Shown piece after piece: positions 28,071 to 37,478 of a DNA stretch of 46,276 nucleotides. Position 1 is the stretch's first letter. Each line of letters begins with the position of its first letter. The translations under genes were made by a program, and so were the position numbers. The stretch covers positions 1 to 46,276 of the forward strand of contig VGKM01000001.1 of NCBI GenBank assembly GCA_016867005.1, written 5' to 3'. The notes below the pieces were generated by a model. It saw only the letters and a list, made by a program, of their open reading frames with translations, had not been told where the DNA came from and did not search any database. Source of the stretch: Candidatus Omnitrophota bacterium. Its GTDB lineage: Bacteria; Omnitrophota; Gorgyraeia; Gygaellales; Profunditerraquicolaceae.

Positions 28071-30815
28071 CTAAAACTTCTTGCGGTAGTAAACTCTTAC
28101 GATATGCCTTGTATCTAAGGTGGCAACACTTCCGCCGAAAGGGTCAAAAGTAACTGTGGCCACAGGCGATATCCCGGATTCGCCGTATTGCAAGCTGAGC
28201 TCGTCATCTTCTGACGGATAAAACCTGAATTCTGTAAAATAATTATGGTGGCCCAGATAAATCTTATCTTCTCCGCTTAACATCCTATTTATGTCATTCC
28301 AGCGTGAGTAAGTATACCGTAAGAAAACACCCATTTTTTTAGAAAACTGATAAGAAAGCTCGCAGCCAATATGATTCATGTTGTCGTCAATCTGGCCGGC
28401 ACTTTTAAATTCGTTCCTTGTGTAATCAAGGTAAATTTCCATATTTTCTAATGGGTTTATCCTGAGCCCGGTTTTCCAAATATTATAAAACGGATATGGG
28501 GGCAGCGGAAATAGCCCCTGGCTGTAAAGAAAAGGCAATTGTTCACGGAAGATCTTATCGTTTTCGCTTGAGGTGACCGTTGTCATCGAAGAACTATTAA
28601 GGTCCCCTCTGGGGTAATTGTCATATGCAAGGGTCGAGTCATTTGTCCTTTCCCAGATCCCGGATAAGGAAATCCAGTCAGTAAACGAATACTCCAATCC
28701 TAATGACCCGGTTTTAAGGCTCGGGTCTTTGCCGTCTTCAATCGCAGCGTTTAGAAGGTAGTCCCCGGTTTCATTATCGAAAATAAACGGATCGGTCCCG
28801 CCTTTTGTTTTAGGCAGCTTTTGATAAATGCCTAATATTTTAGAAGTTAGTTTATCCGTTACTTTGACAGTCAATTCATCCCGTGCGACATTTTCAATGA
28901 ATTTATTATTAGTATTATGTACGTTTCTTACATCAAAAAGGTTATCGATTTTGTTATCAAATAACTTTGTTTCAAGGCGGAATCCCAATACGCTTCTTCC
29001 GGTATCAATGCCGTTGCCTATTTTGTATGGCTCAAGGTCGTCCCAGCCAAGTGCGGACTGATAAAGCCCCGCGAAATAATACTTCATCGGTTGCCTGAAA
29101 TGAATATGCCTTGACCAAAAAGTGTCATCTCTTGTCTCTCTATAGTTGGATAAGGTGGGGTCAAAATCATCGTCCATGCGGGTTGCGTAAAATTTATACC
29201 GGGCAAAAGAAGTGTCAGTTTCCTCGGGTTTTATCTCATAATAACCGTATTTAAGGCCGGTTATGTTTTTCCCCGGGAATGATCCCGTAACAGAGAAATT
29301 ATAGGCATTACCCTGTTCCTGGCTTTTGTAATCAGGGTGCGTCAGGTCGCTTTGCGTTTTGGAGCCGGCGACTTCAAAGTCGAGTTTTAATCCGTCGAAA
29401 ATTTCATAACCGATATCAAAGCCGCCCACATAGTTGGCCATGTCCCTGGCTTTGTTTTCATCCAGGCCCAATCTGTAAGTAAATAGGGCCCCAAGAGACA
29501 AATTATCCATCAGGAAATATTTTGCCCTTGTTGCGTTAATAATATTATCAACGCTATCGTAATCCTGCCATAGGCCTTTAGGTGTCGCAAAAGTGGAATT
29601 TAGTGCCAGGTTCTCAATAGTGTCTAGTTGCAGCGCAAACCCTCTTAATGCGGTCAGGCGCGTGCCATCGCTATCCCTGGTAAAATAAGATAAAGCATCA
29701 TCAAGCTTACCCCGTGTAAAATCCTGCGGTGTAGCCCCGAAATTTAAATGGCCGGGGACCCAGCTGTCTATCCAGGGGCTCTCTTGCCACCAAATGTGAT
29801 TATTTGATAAGCGTAAAGGGTCGTCGGAGGTGTAGGCCTGGTCCTGATAGCCGATAGGGAACACCCTTACTTTTGTCCCCTCCTGATTATAATCAAACCA
29901 GAATTCACGCAAGGGCTGGAAGAGGCGGTTGATTTCTGTTGCAGGAATGGGAAAAGAGTCGTTTGGAGTAAAAGCACCGGCAAGGCCCATAGCACTTGTT
30001 TTGCCGTCAACGACCTTGATCTCAGGGATGTTAAAAGAATTTCCGAACCTATCGCTATAAACTGTTTCGTTTATGGTATAACCGGTATTGGACCAGTATT
30101 TTAATTGCACGTCTGCTACATCGCCGAATACGCTTGTAATCGTGGCCTTGTCGCTTTTTCCGGTGAAACTCCATGGGTCAACGGTAATATTTGTATGAAA
30201 ATTAAAGCCCTCTTTATTTTCCGTATCAAGGTTTACCCTTAAGCGGTCGTATACTCTCGGGTCGTATGTATTGGTCCGGCGGTTAAACGCGTCGTTTGAG
30301 AGGATGCGCCAATTTTTTTCGTTTAAATCAGCATTGGCTCTTTTCCAAATGAGGCTGTCATCCGGTGTTGAGCCGAGGCTTACTTGTGTTTCTCCGGTTA
30401 CTTTCAACCCGCCAAAAGATAACCCGGCATCTTTCTCTGTGTCTTTCTGTTCGGCTATGAATTCTGCTGATCCTGCCAAAGCGTTATTTATGGCATCTTC
30501 CCTTGTTGGGTCTGTAATTTGAAGCTGTTCCCGTTCAATAGGAGCATAGCTTTCTTGGGTTTCTTTCTGCTTGAGTGCGGTATTTTTTGAAAAAATCGTA
30601 TTTATGTATTTTTTTGCTGTTTTATTGTGCGGGTCTATCATCAATGCTTTGTTAAATTCAGTCAAAGCATCGTTTAGTTTACCTACTTTATAATAGGCAA
30701 CACCCATCTCGCAGAGGTATTCTGCTGCAAGAGTCCCTGAATATGCCGTATTAATAGGCAATATATTTAATGTGAAGATTACGCTAACTATGAGTGATAA
30801 TATTGGCTTTTTCAT
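28071..30815 (-). CDS. Large outer-membrane beta-barrel protein with N-terminal TPR segment
   Basis: Signal peptide MKKPILSLIVSVIFTLNILPINTAYS. TPR consensus (AEYLCEMGVAYYKVGKLNDALTEFNKALMIDP). Long alternating aromatic/polar beta-strand pattern and a C-terminal ...YYRKKF (terminal Phe, OMP signature). Confidence 0.6.
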   Translation of the reverse strand: MKKPILSLIVSVIFTLNILPINTAYSGTLAAEYLCEMGVAYYKVGKLNDALTEFNKALMIDPHNKTAKKYINTIFSKNTALKQKETQESYAPIEREQLQITDPTREDAINNALAGSAEFIAEQKDTEKDAGLSFGGLKVTGETQVSLGSTPDDSLIWKRANADLNEKNWRILSNDAFNRRTNTYDPRVYDRLRVNLDTENKEGFNFHTNITVDPWSFTGKSDKATITSVFGDVADVQLKYWSNTGYTINETVYSDRFGNSFNIPEIKVVDGKTSAMGLAGAFTPNDSFPIPATEINRLFQPLREFWFDYNQEGTKVRVFPIGYQDQAYTSDDPLRLSNNHIWWQESPWIDSWVPGHLNFGATPQDFTRGKLDDALSYFTRDSDGTRLTALRGFALQLDTIENLALNSTFATPKGLWQDYDSVDNIINATRAKYFLMDNLSLGALFTYRLGLDENKARDMANYVGGFDIGYEIFDGLKLDFEVAGSKTQSDLTHPDYKSQEQGNAYNFSVTGSFPGKNITGLKYGYYEIKPEETDTSFARYKFYATRMDDDFDPTLSNYRETRDDTFWSRHIHFRQPMKYYFAGLYQSALGWDDLEPYKIGNGIDTGRSVLGFRLETKLFDNKIDNLFDVRNVHNTNNKFIENVARDELTVKVTDKLTSKILGIYQKLPKTKGGTDPFIFDNETGDYLLNAAIEDGKDPSLKTGSLGLEYSFTDWISLSGIWERTNDSTLAYDNYPRGDLNSSSMTTVTSSENDKIFREQLPFLYSQGLFPLPPYPFYNIWKTGLRINPLENMEIYLDYTRNEFKSAGQIDDNMNHIGCELSYQFSKKMGVFLRYTYSRWNDINRMLSGEDKIYLGHHNYFTEFRFYPSEDDELSLQYGESGISPVATVTFDPFGGSVATLDTRHIVRVYYRKKF

Positions 30816-30824
30816 ATGTCAAAT

Positions 30825-30852
30825 ATTATAGCCAATATTTTACAAAAGTCAA
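30825..30852 (-). promoter_or_regulatory. Near-consensus sigma70 promoter abutting the OMP start codon
   Basis: Minus strand: TTGACT (30852-30847), 16-nt spacer, TATAAT (30830-25). Only 9 nt lie before the ATG at 30815 and there is no Shine-Dalgarno. Confidence 0.4.
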
Positions 30853-30900
30853 TAAATAATTAGCTTATTCTTAAACTGTAAGTTATTGCAAGGTAGGTAT

Positions 30901-31335
30901 TTATGGCGTGTCTTTCTTTGGTAAAAGGCCTTCACTTTCTGCTGCAAAAGATATTTTCAGGGAATGCATAAATAGTATCATTACCGGCTTTCCTTGGTTT
31001 TTGGCATAAACACTGCCTTTGATCCTGCAGAAGAACTTTTCTTTGTGTGTTTTAGTATCTTTTGACTTGAGGACGTAAAGGTAAGGAAGCGGTTTTTGGG
31101 CCTGGCCTTCATCGGCAATATCTTTAACTATATAAACAAAGTGGCGGTGAATAATGCTCTTTACCCCGTTTTCATCCATTGTCTCGGAGCTTGAGATTAT
31201 CCGCCTTTTCTTTTCGTCAGAAATAAGGTTTTTAAAAACCAGGTCTCTCATTCTTTCCTTTCGAAGCAGGCCGGCCATAAAAGGCCGGCCTTCCCCTCTA
31301 TTCTCCTTTTGGCTGGTGGGGAAATTCTTATTCAA
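30901..31335 (-). CDS. Hypothetical protein, no recognisable family
   Basis: 144-aa ORF. The real start may be the internal Met at 31278 (MAGLLRKERM...). No motif recognised and no clear Shine-Dalgarno. Confidence 0.35.
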   Translation of the reverse strand: MNKNFPTSQKENRGEGRPFMAGLLRKERMRDLVFKNLISDEKKRRIISSSETMDENGVKSIIHRHFVYIVKDIADEGQAQKPLPYLYVLKSKDTKTHKEKFFCRIKGSVYAKNQGKPVMILFMHSLKISFAAESEGLLPKKDTP

Positions 31336-31423
31336 TCCCTAAAAAAAGTATGCAGCAAAATCACGTAACTTTCAAGGGCAGAAAGGGTTAATTATGAAAA
31401 CGTTTACTTAAGTAAACTCAAAA

Positions 31424-32062
31424 TTACCTGGATTTTTTGAATGAGAGGCGTGGTTCTTTGCCTTTTAAAAGGCGTTTTATATTGGGGAGGTGGCGCAATA
31501 TGATAAAGAGGGAAAAAACAACGCTGAATACCGTAACCTGCGGGGATGTTTTTAAAGCGATAGTAAGTACCGGGAACAAGGCCGCTACCAAAAGAGACGC
31601 AACAGAAACTATCCTGGTAATAAGAAAACTCAATAACCAGATTATTACCAGCAACAACAATATAGTTCCAAAACCATTGATCTTAAGAGACAGCCCCAAC
31701 ATAACTCCTAATGTTGTAGCCACTCCTTTGCCGCCTTTGAAATTAAGAAAAACAGTCCAATTGTGGCCGATAACACAGCTTAGGCCAAGCAGTATCCGCA
31801 ATAAATCGGGGTTTAAAGAAGATGTCTTTGCCAGGACGAAATCTCCGATAATAACTACCGGCAGGGCGCCTTTTACAATATCAAGCAGCAGTACCAAAAT
31901 TCCGGCTTTTTTACCGAAAACCCTGAGTGCGTTTGTCGCCCCGATATTTCCGGAACCGTGTTTTCGTATATCAACTTTTTTGAAAATCCGGCCGTATAGA
32001 AATGCGGTCGGTATTGAACCGGCCAGATAACTAATGATGATTGCGGGAATTATCCACTGCAT
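31424..32062 (-). CDS. plsY: Glycerol-3-phosphate acyltransferase PlsY
   Basis: SGNIGATNALR motif, multiple TM helices, ~210 aa. Confidence 0.9.
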   Translation of the reverse strand: MQWIIPAIIISYLAGSIPTAFLYGRIFKKVDIRKHGSGNIGATNALRVFGKKAGILVLLLDIVKGALPVVIIGDFVLAKTSSLNPDLLRILLGLSCVIGHNWTVFLNFKGGKGVATTLGVMLGLSLKINGFGTILLLLVIIWLLSFLITRIVSVASLLVAALFPVLTIALKTSPQVTVFSVVFSLFIILRHLPNIKRLLKGKEPRLSFKKSR

Positions 32063-32603
32063 ACAGGTATTTAAACCCCCTTTTGATATAATCCATCCCT
32101 GATATTATAGTAAAGACCACTGCTATTGACCAAAAAATGAATGCGTATTTAAACTGCACCATCACTGAGATTACCGAAAGCATCTGGAATGTAGTTGTAA
32201 GTTTCCCCCATCTTGTAGGCATGATATTAATATTTTGCCTTACAACGTAAATCACTACTGCTCCTAAAAGTATGATTACATCTCGTGAGATTACGATCAG
32301 GGTAACCCATAGGGGGAATTTTATCTGATTAGGAAAATCATGTATCAATGCCAGTGAAATAAACGCGCTCATTAAAAGAAGTTTATCCCCAAGGGGGTCA
32401 AGGACCATGCCGGCCTTTGAGATCTGCTTTGATTTCCTGGCAATATAGCCATCGACTGCATCCGAGATCACTCCGAGTATAAAGATAAACAAGGCGACAA
32501 AGCGCAGATAATCTCGCTGCGGATACTGGTAATATACAAGGCTCGCGATAAAAAACGGCACGCTTAAAATTCTAAAAGTCGATATTTTATTGGCAAAGTT
32601 CAT
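32031..32603 (-). CDS. pgsA: CDP-diacylglycerol--glycerol-3-phosphate 3-phosphatidyltransferase
   Basis: CDP-alcohol phosphatidyltransferase motif DAVDGYIARK...GMVLDPLGDK. Confidence 0.85.
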   Translation of the reverse strand: MNFANKISTFRILSVPFFIASLVYYQYPQRDYLRFVALFIFILGVISDAVDGYIARKSKQISKAGMVLDPLGDKLLLMSAFISLALIHDFPNQIKFPLWVTLIVISRDVIILLGAVVIYVVRQNINIMPTRWGKLTTTFQMLSVISVMVQFKYAFIFWSIAVVFTIISGMDYIKRGFKYLYAVDNSRNHH

Positions 32604-33169
32604 TTTATTAACCGTATCCTGTTAAAAGGAAAATAGATAAAGATAGCCCTTCCCAGGATGTTTTCTTTGGGGACAAACCCCCAATAGCGGCTGTCCTGTG
32701 ATGAAGCAGAATTATCGCCTAAGACAAAATAAGCATTGTCAGGGACAATGATTTTTACCCCCTCCTGCGCATAATCGCCCCTATTGTAATAATACCGCTG
32801 ATTAAACGGAGAATCCAGAAGCGGGGTATCATTTATATAAATGGTCCCGTTTTTTATTTCTACGGTTTCTCCGGGTGTTGCAATAAGCCGTTTTATAAAA
32901 TTCTTTTTAGGGTCTTCCGGATAAATAAAGACAATGACATCCCCTCTTTTTGGCGTTGTAAAGCCCGGGGTCCTTAACTTGATAACAGGGATCCTGGCTC
33001 CGTAGATCAGCTTATTTACAAGGATGATATCCCCTTCGACTAATGTATTGCGCATTGAACCGGTCGGGATTTTAAACGGCTCTACAAGAAAAATCCTTAT
33101 TATAATGGCCAGTATCGCGGCGATGATTAATGATTCTGCCCACTCTCTTAAGACCGACTTCTTTTTCAT
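32600..33169 (-). CDS. lepB: Signal peptidase I
   Basis: IPTGSMRNTL (catalytic Ser box), GDNSASSQDSRYWGFV box. The ATG at 33169 overlaps the lepA stop (ATGA); the track's longer N-terminus was rejected. Confidence 0.9.
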   Translation of the reverse strand: MKKKSVLREWAESLIIAAILAIIIRIFLVEPFKIPTGSMRNTLVEGDIILVNKLIYGARIPVIKLRTPGFTTPKRGDVIVFIYPEDPKKNFIKRLIATPGETVEIKNGTIYINDTPLLDSPFNQRYYYNRGDYAQEGVKIIVPDNAYFVLGDNSASSQDSRYWGFVPKENILGRAIFIYFPFNRIRLIK

Positions 33170-34962
33170 ATTTTCAGTACCTCCAAAAAAGCTTCCTGCG
33201 GAATCTCTACCTTGCCAAACTGTTTCAGGCGCTTCTTTCCTTGTTTTTGCTGTTCCCAAAGTTTACGTTTCCGGGTAATATCTCCGCCGTAACATTTGGC
33301 AGTGACGTGTTTACCGACAGACCTGACTTTTTCCGAAGCAATGATCTGGCTGCCGATTGCTGCCTGTATTGCAACTTCAAATAATTGCCTGGGGATCAAC
33401 TCTTTAAGTTTTGATACTAAGGCGTGTGCCTTAAAAGTTGCCTTTTCTTTGCTCATCAATGAAGAGAATGCATCGCAAACAACGCCGTTAATAAGAATAT
33501 CGAGTTTTACGAGTTTTGTAGGAAGGTAATCATTGAACTCATAGTCCAATGAGCCATAACCACGGGTTAGTGATTTAATCCTGTCGTAGAAGTCGACGAT
33601 TATCTCGGATAACGGCATACTGAAGATTATTTTTACCCTGTCTTCCCCAAGGTATTCGTTTGACTGGAAAGTCCCCCTGCGGGATTTTGCAAAATCGCAG
33701 ACGGCCTCGATATTTTCAACGGGTATTATCATCAATAATTTAACGTATGGCTCCTGGGCTTCCTGGATATCCTGGGGTGCCGGTAATTTTGCCGGGGTAT
33801 CGACCTCTATTATCTCGTCAGTGACAGTTTTGACTTTATACACAACGTTAGGCACAGTGAGGATTAAGTTAAGATTGTATTCTCTTTCGAGGCGCTCCTG
33901 GACGATTTCCATGTGTAATAGGCCAAGGAACCCGCATCTGAAACCGGAGCCGAATGACTGCGAATTCTCCGGTTCAAATACAAATGAGGCATCTGAAAGT
34001 TTTAATTTATCCATTGCATCGCGCAGTTCGGGAAAATCTCCCGGGTTTACCGGATAAATGCCGCAAAAAACAAGCGGCTTATGCGTTTTGTATCCTGCCA
34101 GGGGTTCGGAACAGGGGTTTTTTGCGTCGGTAATGGTATCTCCGATGATAATCTCCCTGGGGTCCCTGATATTTGCGGTAAAATATCCGACTTCTCCGCA
34201 GGTAAGCGAATCTACCGCTGAATATTTAAGGTTAAAAACTCCTAATTCCTCTATCTTGTAATTTGTGCCTGAATGCATCATTTTTAATTGCGTTAGAGGC
34301 GTGATTTCCCCTTCGACTATCCTTACAAATACCACTACTCCTTTAAACTTATCGTAACGGCAGTCAAAAACAAGCGCTTTAAGGGCATCGATATTTTCTC
34401 CTGAAGGAGCCGGGATAACTTCGATTATCCTGTCCAGGATCTCTTCAATGCCGATTGATTCTTTTGCAGAAGCAAGGATAATGTCATCTTCCCTGAATCC
34501 CAGCACATTAACGATCTGTTTTTTTACGCGAGCTACATCCGCAGAATTTAAATCTATTTTATTTATTACCGGTATGATCTGCAGGTTATTTTCCATGGCA
34601 AGGTAAAAATTGGCCACTGTTTGGGCTTCTATGCCTTGGCCTGCGTCTACAACCAGGATCGCCCCCTCGCAGGCAGCCAGGGATTTTGATACTTCATAAG
34701 TGAAATCAACGTGGCCGGGAGTATCGATCAGATTAAAAATAAAATCACCGCCATGTTTTTTTGAGCGGTAGTTTATCCTGACCATCGAAGCTTTGATGGT
34801 AATACCCCTTTCTTTCTCCAGGTCCATGTCGTCTAAGAGCTGGGTGCCTTTATGAGAACGTTCGACAGTCCCGGTTATTTCAAGAATCCTATCGGCAAGC
34901 GTAGACTTACCGTGGTCTATATGGGCGATTATGGAAAAGTTCCGGATGAGTGATTTGTCCAT
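33166..34962 (-). CDS. lepA: Elongation factor 4 (LepA)
   Basis: IRNFSIIAHIDHGKSTLADR G1 motif, DTPGH, NKID, and the conserved LepA C-terminal domain. Confidence 0.97.
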   Translation of the reverse strand: MDKSLIRNFSIIAHIDHGKSTLADRILEITGTVERSHKGTQLLDDMDLEKERGITIKASMVRINYRSKKHGGDFIFNLIDTPGHVDFTYEVSKSLAACEGAILVVDAGQGIEAQTVANFYLAMENNLQIIPVINKIDLNSADVARVKKQIVNVLGFREDDIILASAKESIGIEEILDRIIEVIPAPSGENIDALKALVFDCRYDKFKGVVVFVRIVEGEITPLTQLKMMHSGTNYKIEELGVFNLKYSAVDSLTCGEVGYFTANIRDPREIIIGDTITDAKNPCSEPLAGYKTHKPLVFCGIYPVNPGDFPELRDAMDKLKLSDASFVFEPENSQSFGSGFRCGFLGLLHMEIVQERLEREYNLNLILTVPNVVYKVKTVTDEIIEVDTPAKLPAPQDIQEAQEPYVKLLMIIPVENIEAVCDFAKSRRGTFQSNEYLGEDRVKIIFSMPLSEIIVDFYDRIKSLTRGYGSLDYEFNDYLPTKLVKLDILINGVVCDAFSSLMSKEKATFKAHALVSKLKELIPRQLFEVAIQAAIGSQIIASEKVRSVGKHVTAKCYGGDITRKRKLWEQQKQGKKRLKQFGKVEIPQEAFLEVLKI

Positions 34963-34965
34963 GAA

Positions 34966-35622
34966 TTAGCGGTTTATCTCTTGAAAGAGTTTGGCGACTA
35001 CTTCTTCAATCGTAAGTTTAGTTGTGTCGATATAAATTGCATCGTCGGCTTTCTTTAAAGGCGCAACTTCTCTTGTTGAATCGATCTTGTCGCGGTTAGA
35101 CAGGTCCATTTCAACATCTGCCGCGCTTATCTTTTGGCCTAAGCCGATAAGCTCTTTGTGCCTTCTGGATACCCTTTCCTGAAAGTTCGCGTCTATATAA
35201 AACTTTTTTTCGGCATCAGGAAAAACTACTGTCCCGATATCCCTGCCATCAAGGATGCTGTTTTGTCCTTTTCCCAGCCGGCGTTGGTTCTCTAGCATTA
35301 CATCCCGGACACCTTTGATCTTAGCTACAAGAGAGACGAATTTTGTGATCCTCGGCTCCCTGATTTCTTTAGAAACATCGCATCCGTCCAGCAATACTTT
35401 CAGCGAACCGTCAGCATTATTGATGAGGTCAATGCCGGTATTATGCGCTAACGCTGACATTAATTCACTGTTTTCTACATCAATACTATTTTCCAGGGCC
35501 TTCAAGGTCAATGCCCTGTACATTGCTCCGGTATCAATATAAAGAAACCCCATTTTACGGGCTAAAAGTTTGGCAACGGTGCTTTTCCCTGCGCCTGCCG
35601 GTCCGTCGATTGCGATAATCAT
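34966..35622 (-). CDS. cmk: Cytidylate kinase
   Basis: IIAIDGPAGAGKST P-loop, YIDTGAMYR, DGRDIGT motifs. Confidence 0.9.
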   Translation of the reverse strand: MIIAIDGPAGAGKSTVAKLLARKMGFLYIDTGAMYRALTLKALENSIDVENSELMSALAHNTGIDLINNADGSLKVLLDGCDVSKEIREPRITKFVSLVAKIKGVRDVMLENQRRLGKGQNSILDGRDIGTVVFPDAEKKFYIDANFQERVSRRHKELIGLGQKISAADVEMDLSNRDKIDSTREVAPLKKADDAIYIDTTKLTIEEVVAKLFQEINR

Positions 35623-36446
35623 GCTAATTTTTCTCGTTTATTTTTGGATTTCTTAAGGCAATCCGATAATTTTTGTTTGTCGCCGCTTTTTATGGCTTTT
35701 TCAAGGATTGAAACAGAGGCCTTAAAAAGGCGGATTGATTGGGCCAGGTTCTTTCTATTGCTTAAAAAGATACTGGACCATAATTCTTCATCGGAGGCCG
35801 CGATGCGGGTAGTATCTTTCAGGCCTGTTGCTGCATAAGGAAAAAACTTTTCCGGAACCGAGTCAATCAAGGCAAAAGCAGTTATATGAGGCAGGTGGCT
35901 TGTAAAAGAAATTGCTTTATCATGTTCAGAAGGAGTAAGTATTTTAACTTTTGCCCCGACCTCCTGCCAAAGCCTCGTGACTATCTTTATTGCCTTGTCC
36001 CGGGTGTTTTTAACCGGCGTGATGATGACTACAGAATTTTTGAATAATCCGGTTTTTGCGTTCATTACTCCGCGTTTTTCAGAACCTGCCAATGGATGGC
36101 TGCCGCAGTAATTCGGAAAGATCTCGGATAATCTTGAGGTAATTGTTTCTTTTGTGCTGGCAACATCGGTTACTATACAGTCCCTTTTGATTATGCGCGA
36201 GATTTTAGGCGCTAATTTTAGGATCGTATCAACGGGCGCGGCAAAGATAAGCAGATCAGAATTTTCCAGGATCCTGTAGTCGAGCGAACCCTCATCGATT
36301 GCCCCGCATTTTTTAGCACGAAGCACGGATTTTTTGTGAAAACTAACCCCGCATATTTTGGAACAGAGTTTTCGTTTCTTTAACTCTAATCCCAGCGATC
36401 CGCCGATCAGCCCGACCCCTACTATGCCGACCTCTTTAAATAGCAT
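35619..36446 (-). CDS. tyrA: Prephenate (or arogenate) dehydrogenase
   Basis: Rossmann GIVGVGLIGGS; SHPLAG catalytic motif (GSHPLAGSEK). Aromatic amino-acid operon context. Confidence 0.8.
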   Translation of the reverse strand: MLFKEVGIVGVGLIGGSLGLELKKRKLCSKICGVSFHKKSVLRAKKCGAIDEGSLDYRILENSDLLIFAAPVDTILKLAPKISRIIKRDCIVTDVASTKETITSRLSEIFPNYCGSHPLAGSEKRGVMNAKTGLFKNSVVIITPVKNTRDKAIKIVTRLWQEVGAKVKILTPSEHDKAISFTSHLPHITAFALIDSVPEKFFPYAATGLKDTTRIAASDEELWSSIFLSNRKNLAQSIRLFKASVSILEKAIKSGDKQKLSDCLKKSKNKREKLA

Positions 36447-36448
36447 TG

Positions 36449-37465
36449 TTAAATCTCTCTTCCGATTGCCCGGGCCAGATTTTTTAACTCGGCTACCAGG
36501 GCTGCGAAATTCGAAGGTGTTAATGATTGTGCTCCATCCGAAAGCGCCTCTTCAGGATGGCTGTGGACTTCAATTATCAGCCCGTCGCAGCCGGAAGCAA
36601 CCGCTGCCTTTGATAGCGGGCCGACTAAACCCCATTTGCCGGCGGCATGAGATGGATCGACAACAATCGGTAAATGCGACAGCTGTTTTACTACGGGCAC
36701 CGCGCTTATGTCTAAAGTATTCCGGGTTGCATCTTCAAATGTCCTGATGCCCCGTTCGCATAAAGCAACATTAAAGTTGCCTCCTGCCAGTATGTATTCA
36801 GCCGACATCAACAATTCTTTTACGGTAGAAGACATGCCTCTTTTAAGCAATACCGGTTTTTTGGTAAGGCCGACTTCTTTAAGCAGGTTAAAATTCTGCA
36901 TATTGCGCGCGCCTATTTGAAGCACGTCTACATATTTGGCAACTAATTCTACGTCCCTGGGGTCCATAACTTCAGACACAGTAACCAGGCCAAGCCCTTT
37001 GCCTACCTCTTCAAGGTATTTCAATCCTTCTTCACCGAGGCCCTGGAAACTGTAAGGCGAAGTGCGCGGCTTAAAAGCCCCTCCCCGCAGGACCTCAACA
37101 CCGGTTTTTTTAATTTCCTTAGCTATTGCATAGAGAGTATCAAGATTTTCTATAGCGCAAGGGCCGGCCATCAGGATTATCTTTTTACCGCCTATTTTTA
37201 CTCCTTTACCCAGGTCAATCACCGAATCTTCCGCGCGGAATTCCCGGGATACTAATTTATAAGGCGCCAATACCGGCATGACTTTTTCAACGCCGGGGAA
37301 TGCCTCCAGCGGAGTTACGCGCAGGATATCCTCAGGGCCGATTACGCCGATAATCGTCCTTTCGGTGCCTTTTGAAAGATGCGGCGTAAGGCCTAGTTTT
37401 TTTACTTTTTCTACCAGGTGATTAATCTGTTCTTCGGTTGTACCGGGTCTTAAGACAATAATCAT
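36449..37465 (-). CDS. aroF: 3-deoxy-7-phosphoheptulonate (DAHP) synthase, type I-beta with N-terminal ferredoxin-like regulatory domain
   Basis: 338 aa. N-terminal [12 protein letters not shown]...HLSKG regulatory domain as in the Thermotoga-type enzyme. [11 protein letters not shown] and DPSH motifs. Confidence 0.9.
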   Translation of the reverse strand: MIIVLRPGTTEEQINHLVEKVKKLGLTPHLSKGTERTIIGVIGPEDILRVTPLEAFPGVEKVMPVLAPYKLVSREFRAEDSVIDLGKGVKIGGKKIILMAGPCAIENLDTLYAIAKEIKKTGVEVLRGGAFKPRTSPYSFQGLGEEGLKYLEEVGKGLGLVTVSEVMDPRDVELVAKYVDVLQIGARNMQNFNLLKEVGLTKKPVLLKRGMSSTVKELLMSAEYILAGGNFNVALCERGIRTFEDATRNTLDISAVPVVKQLSHLPIVVDPSHAAGKWGLVGPLSKAAVASGCDGLIIEVHSHPEEALSDGAQSLTPSNFAALVAELKNLARAIGREI

Positions 37466-37478
37466 TCAGCCCTCCAAA

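Noticed and set aside
31437-32030. 197-aa plus-strand ORF antisense to plsY
   Set aside because: Shadow ORF. plsY on the minus strand has the diagnostic GSGNIGATN motif, while the antisense product has no motif.
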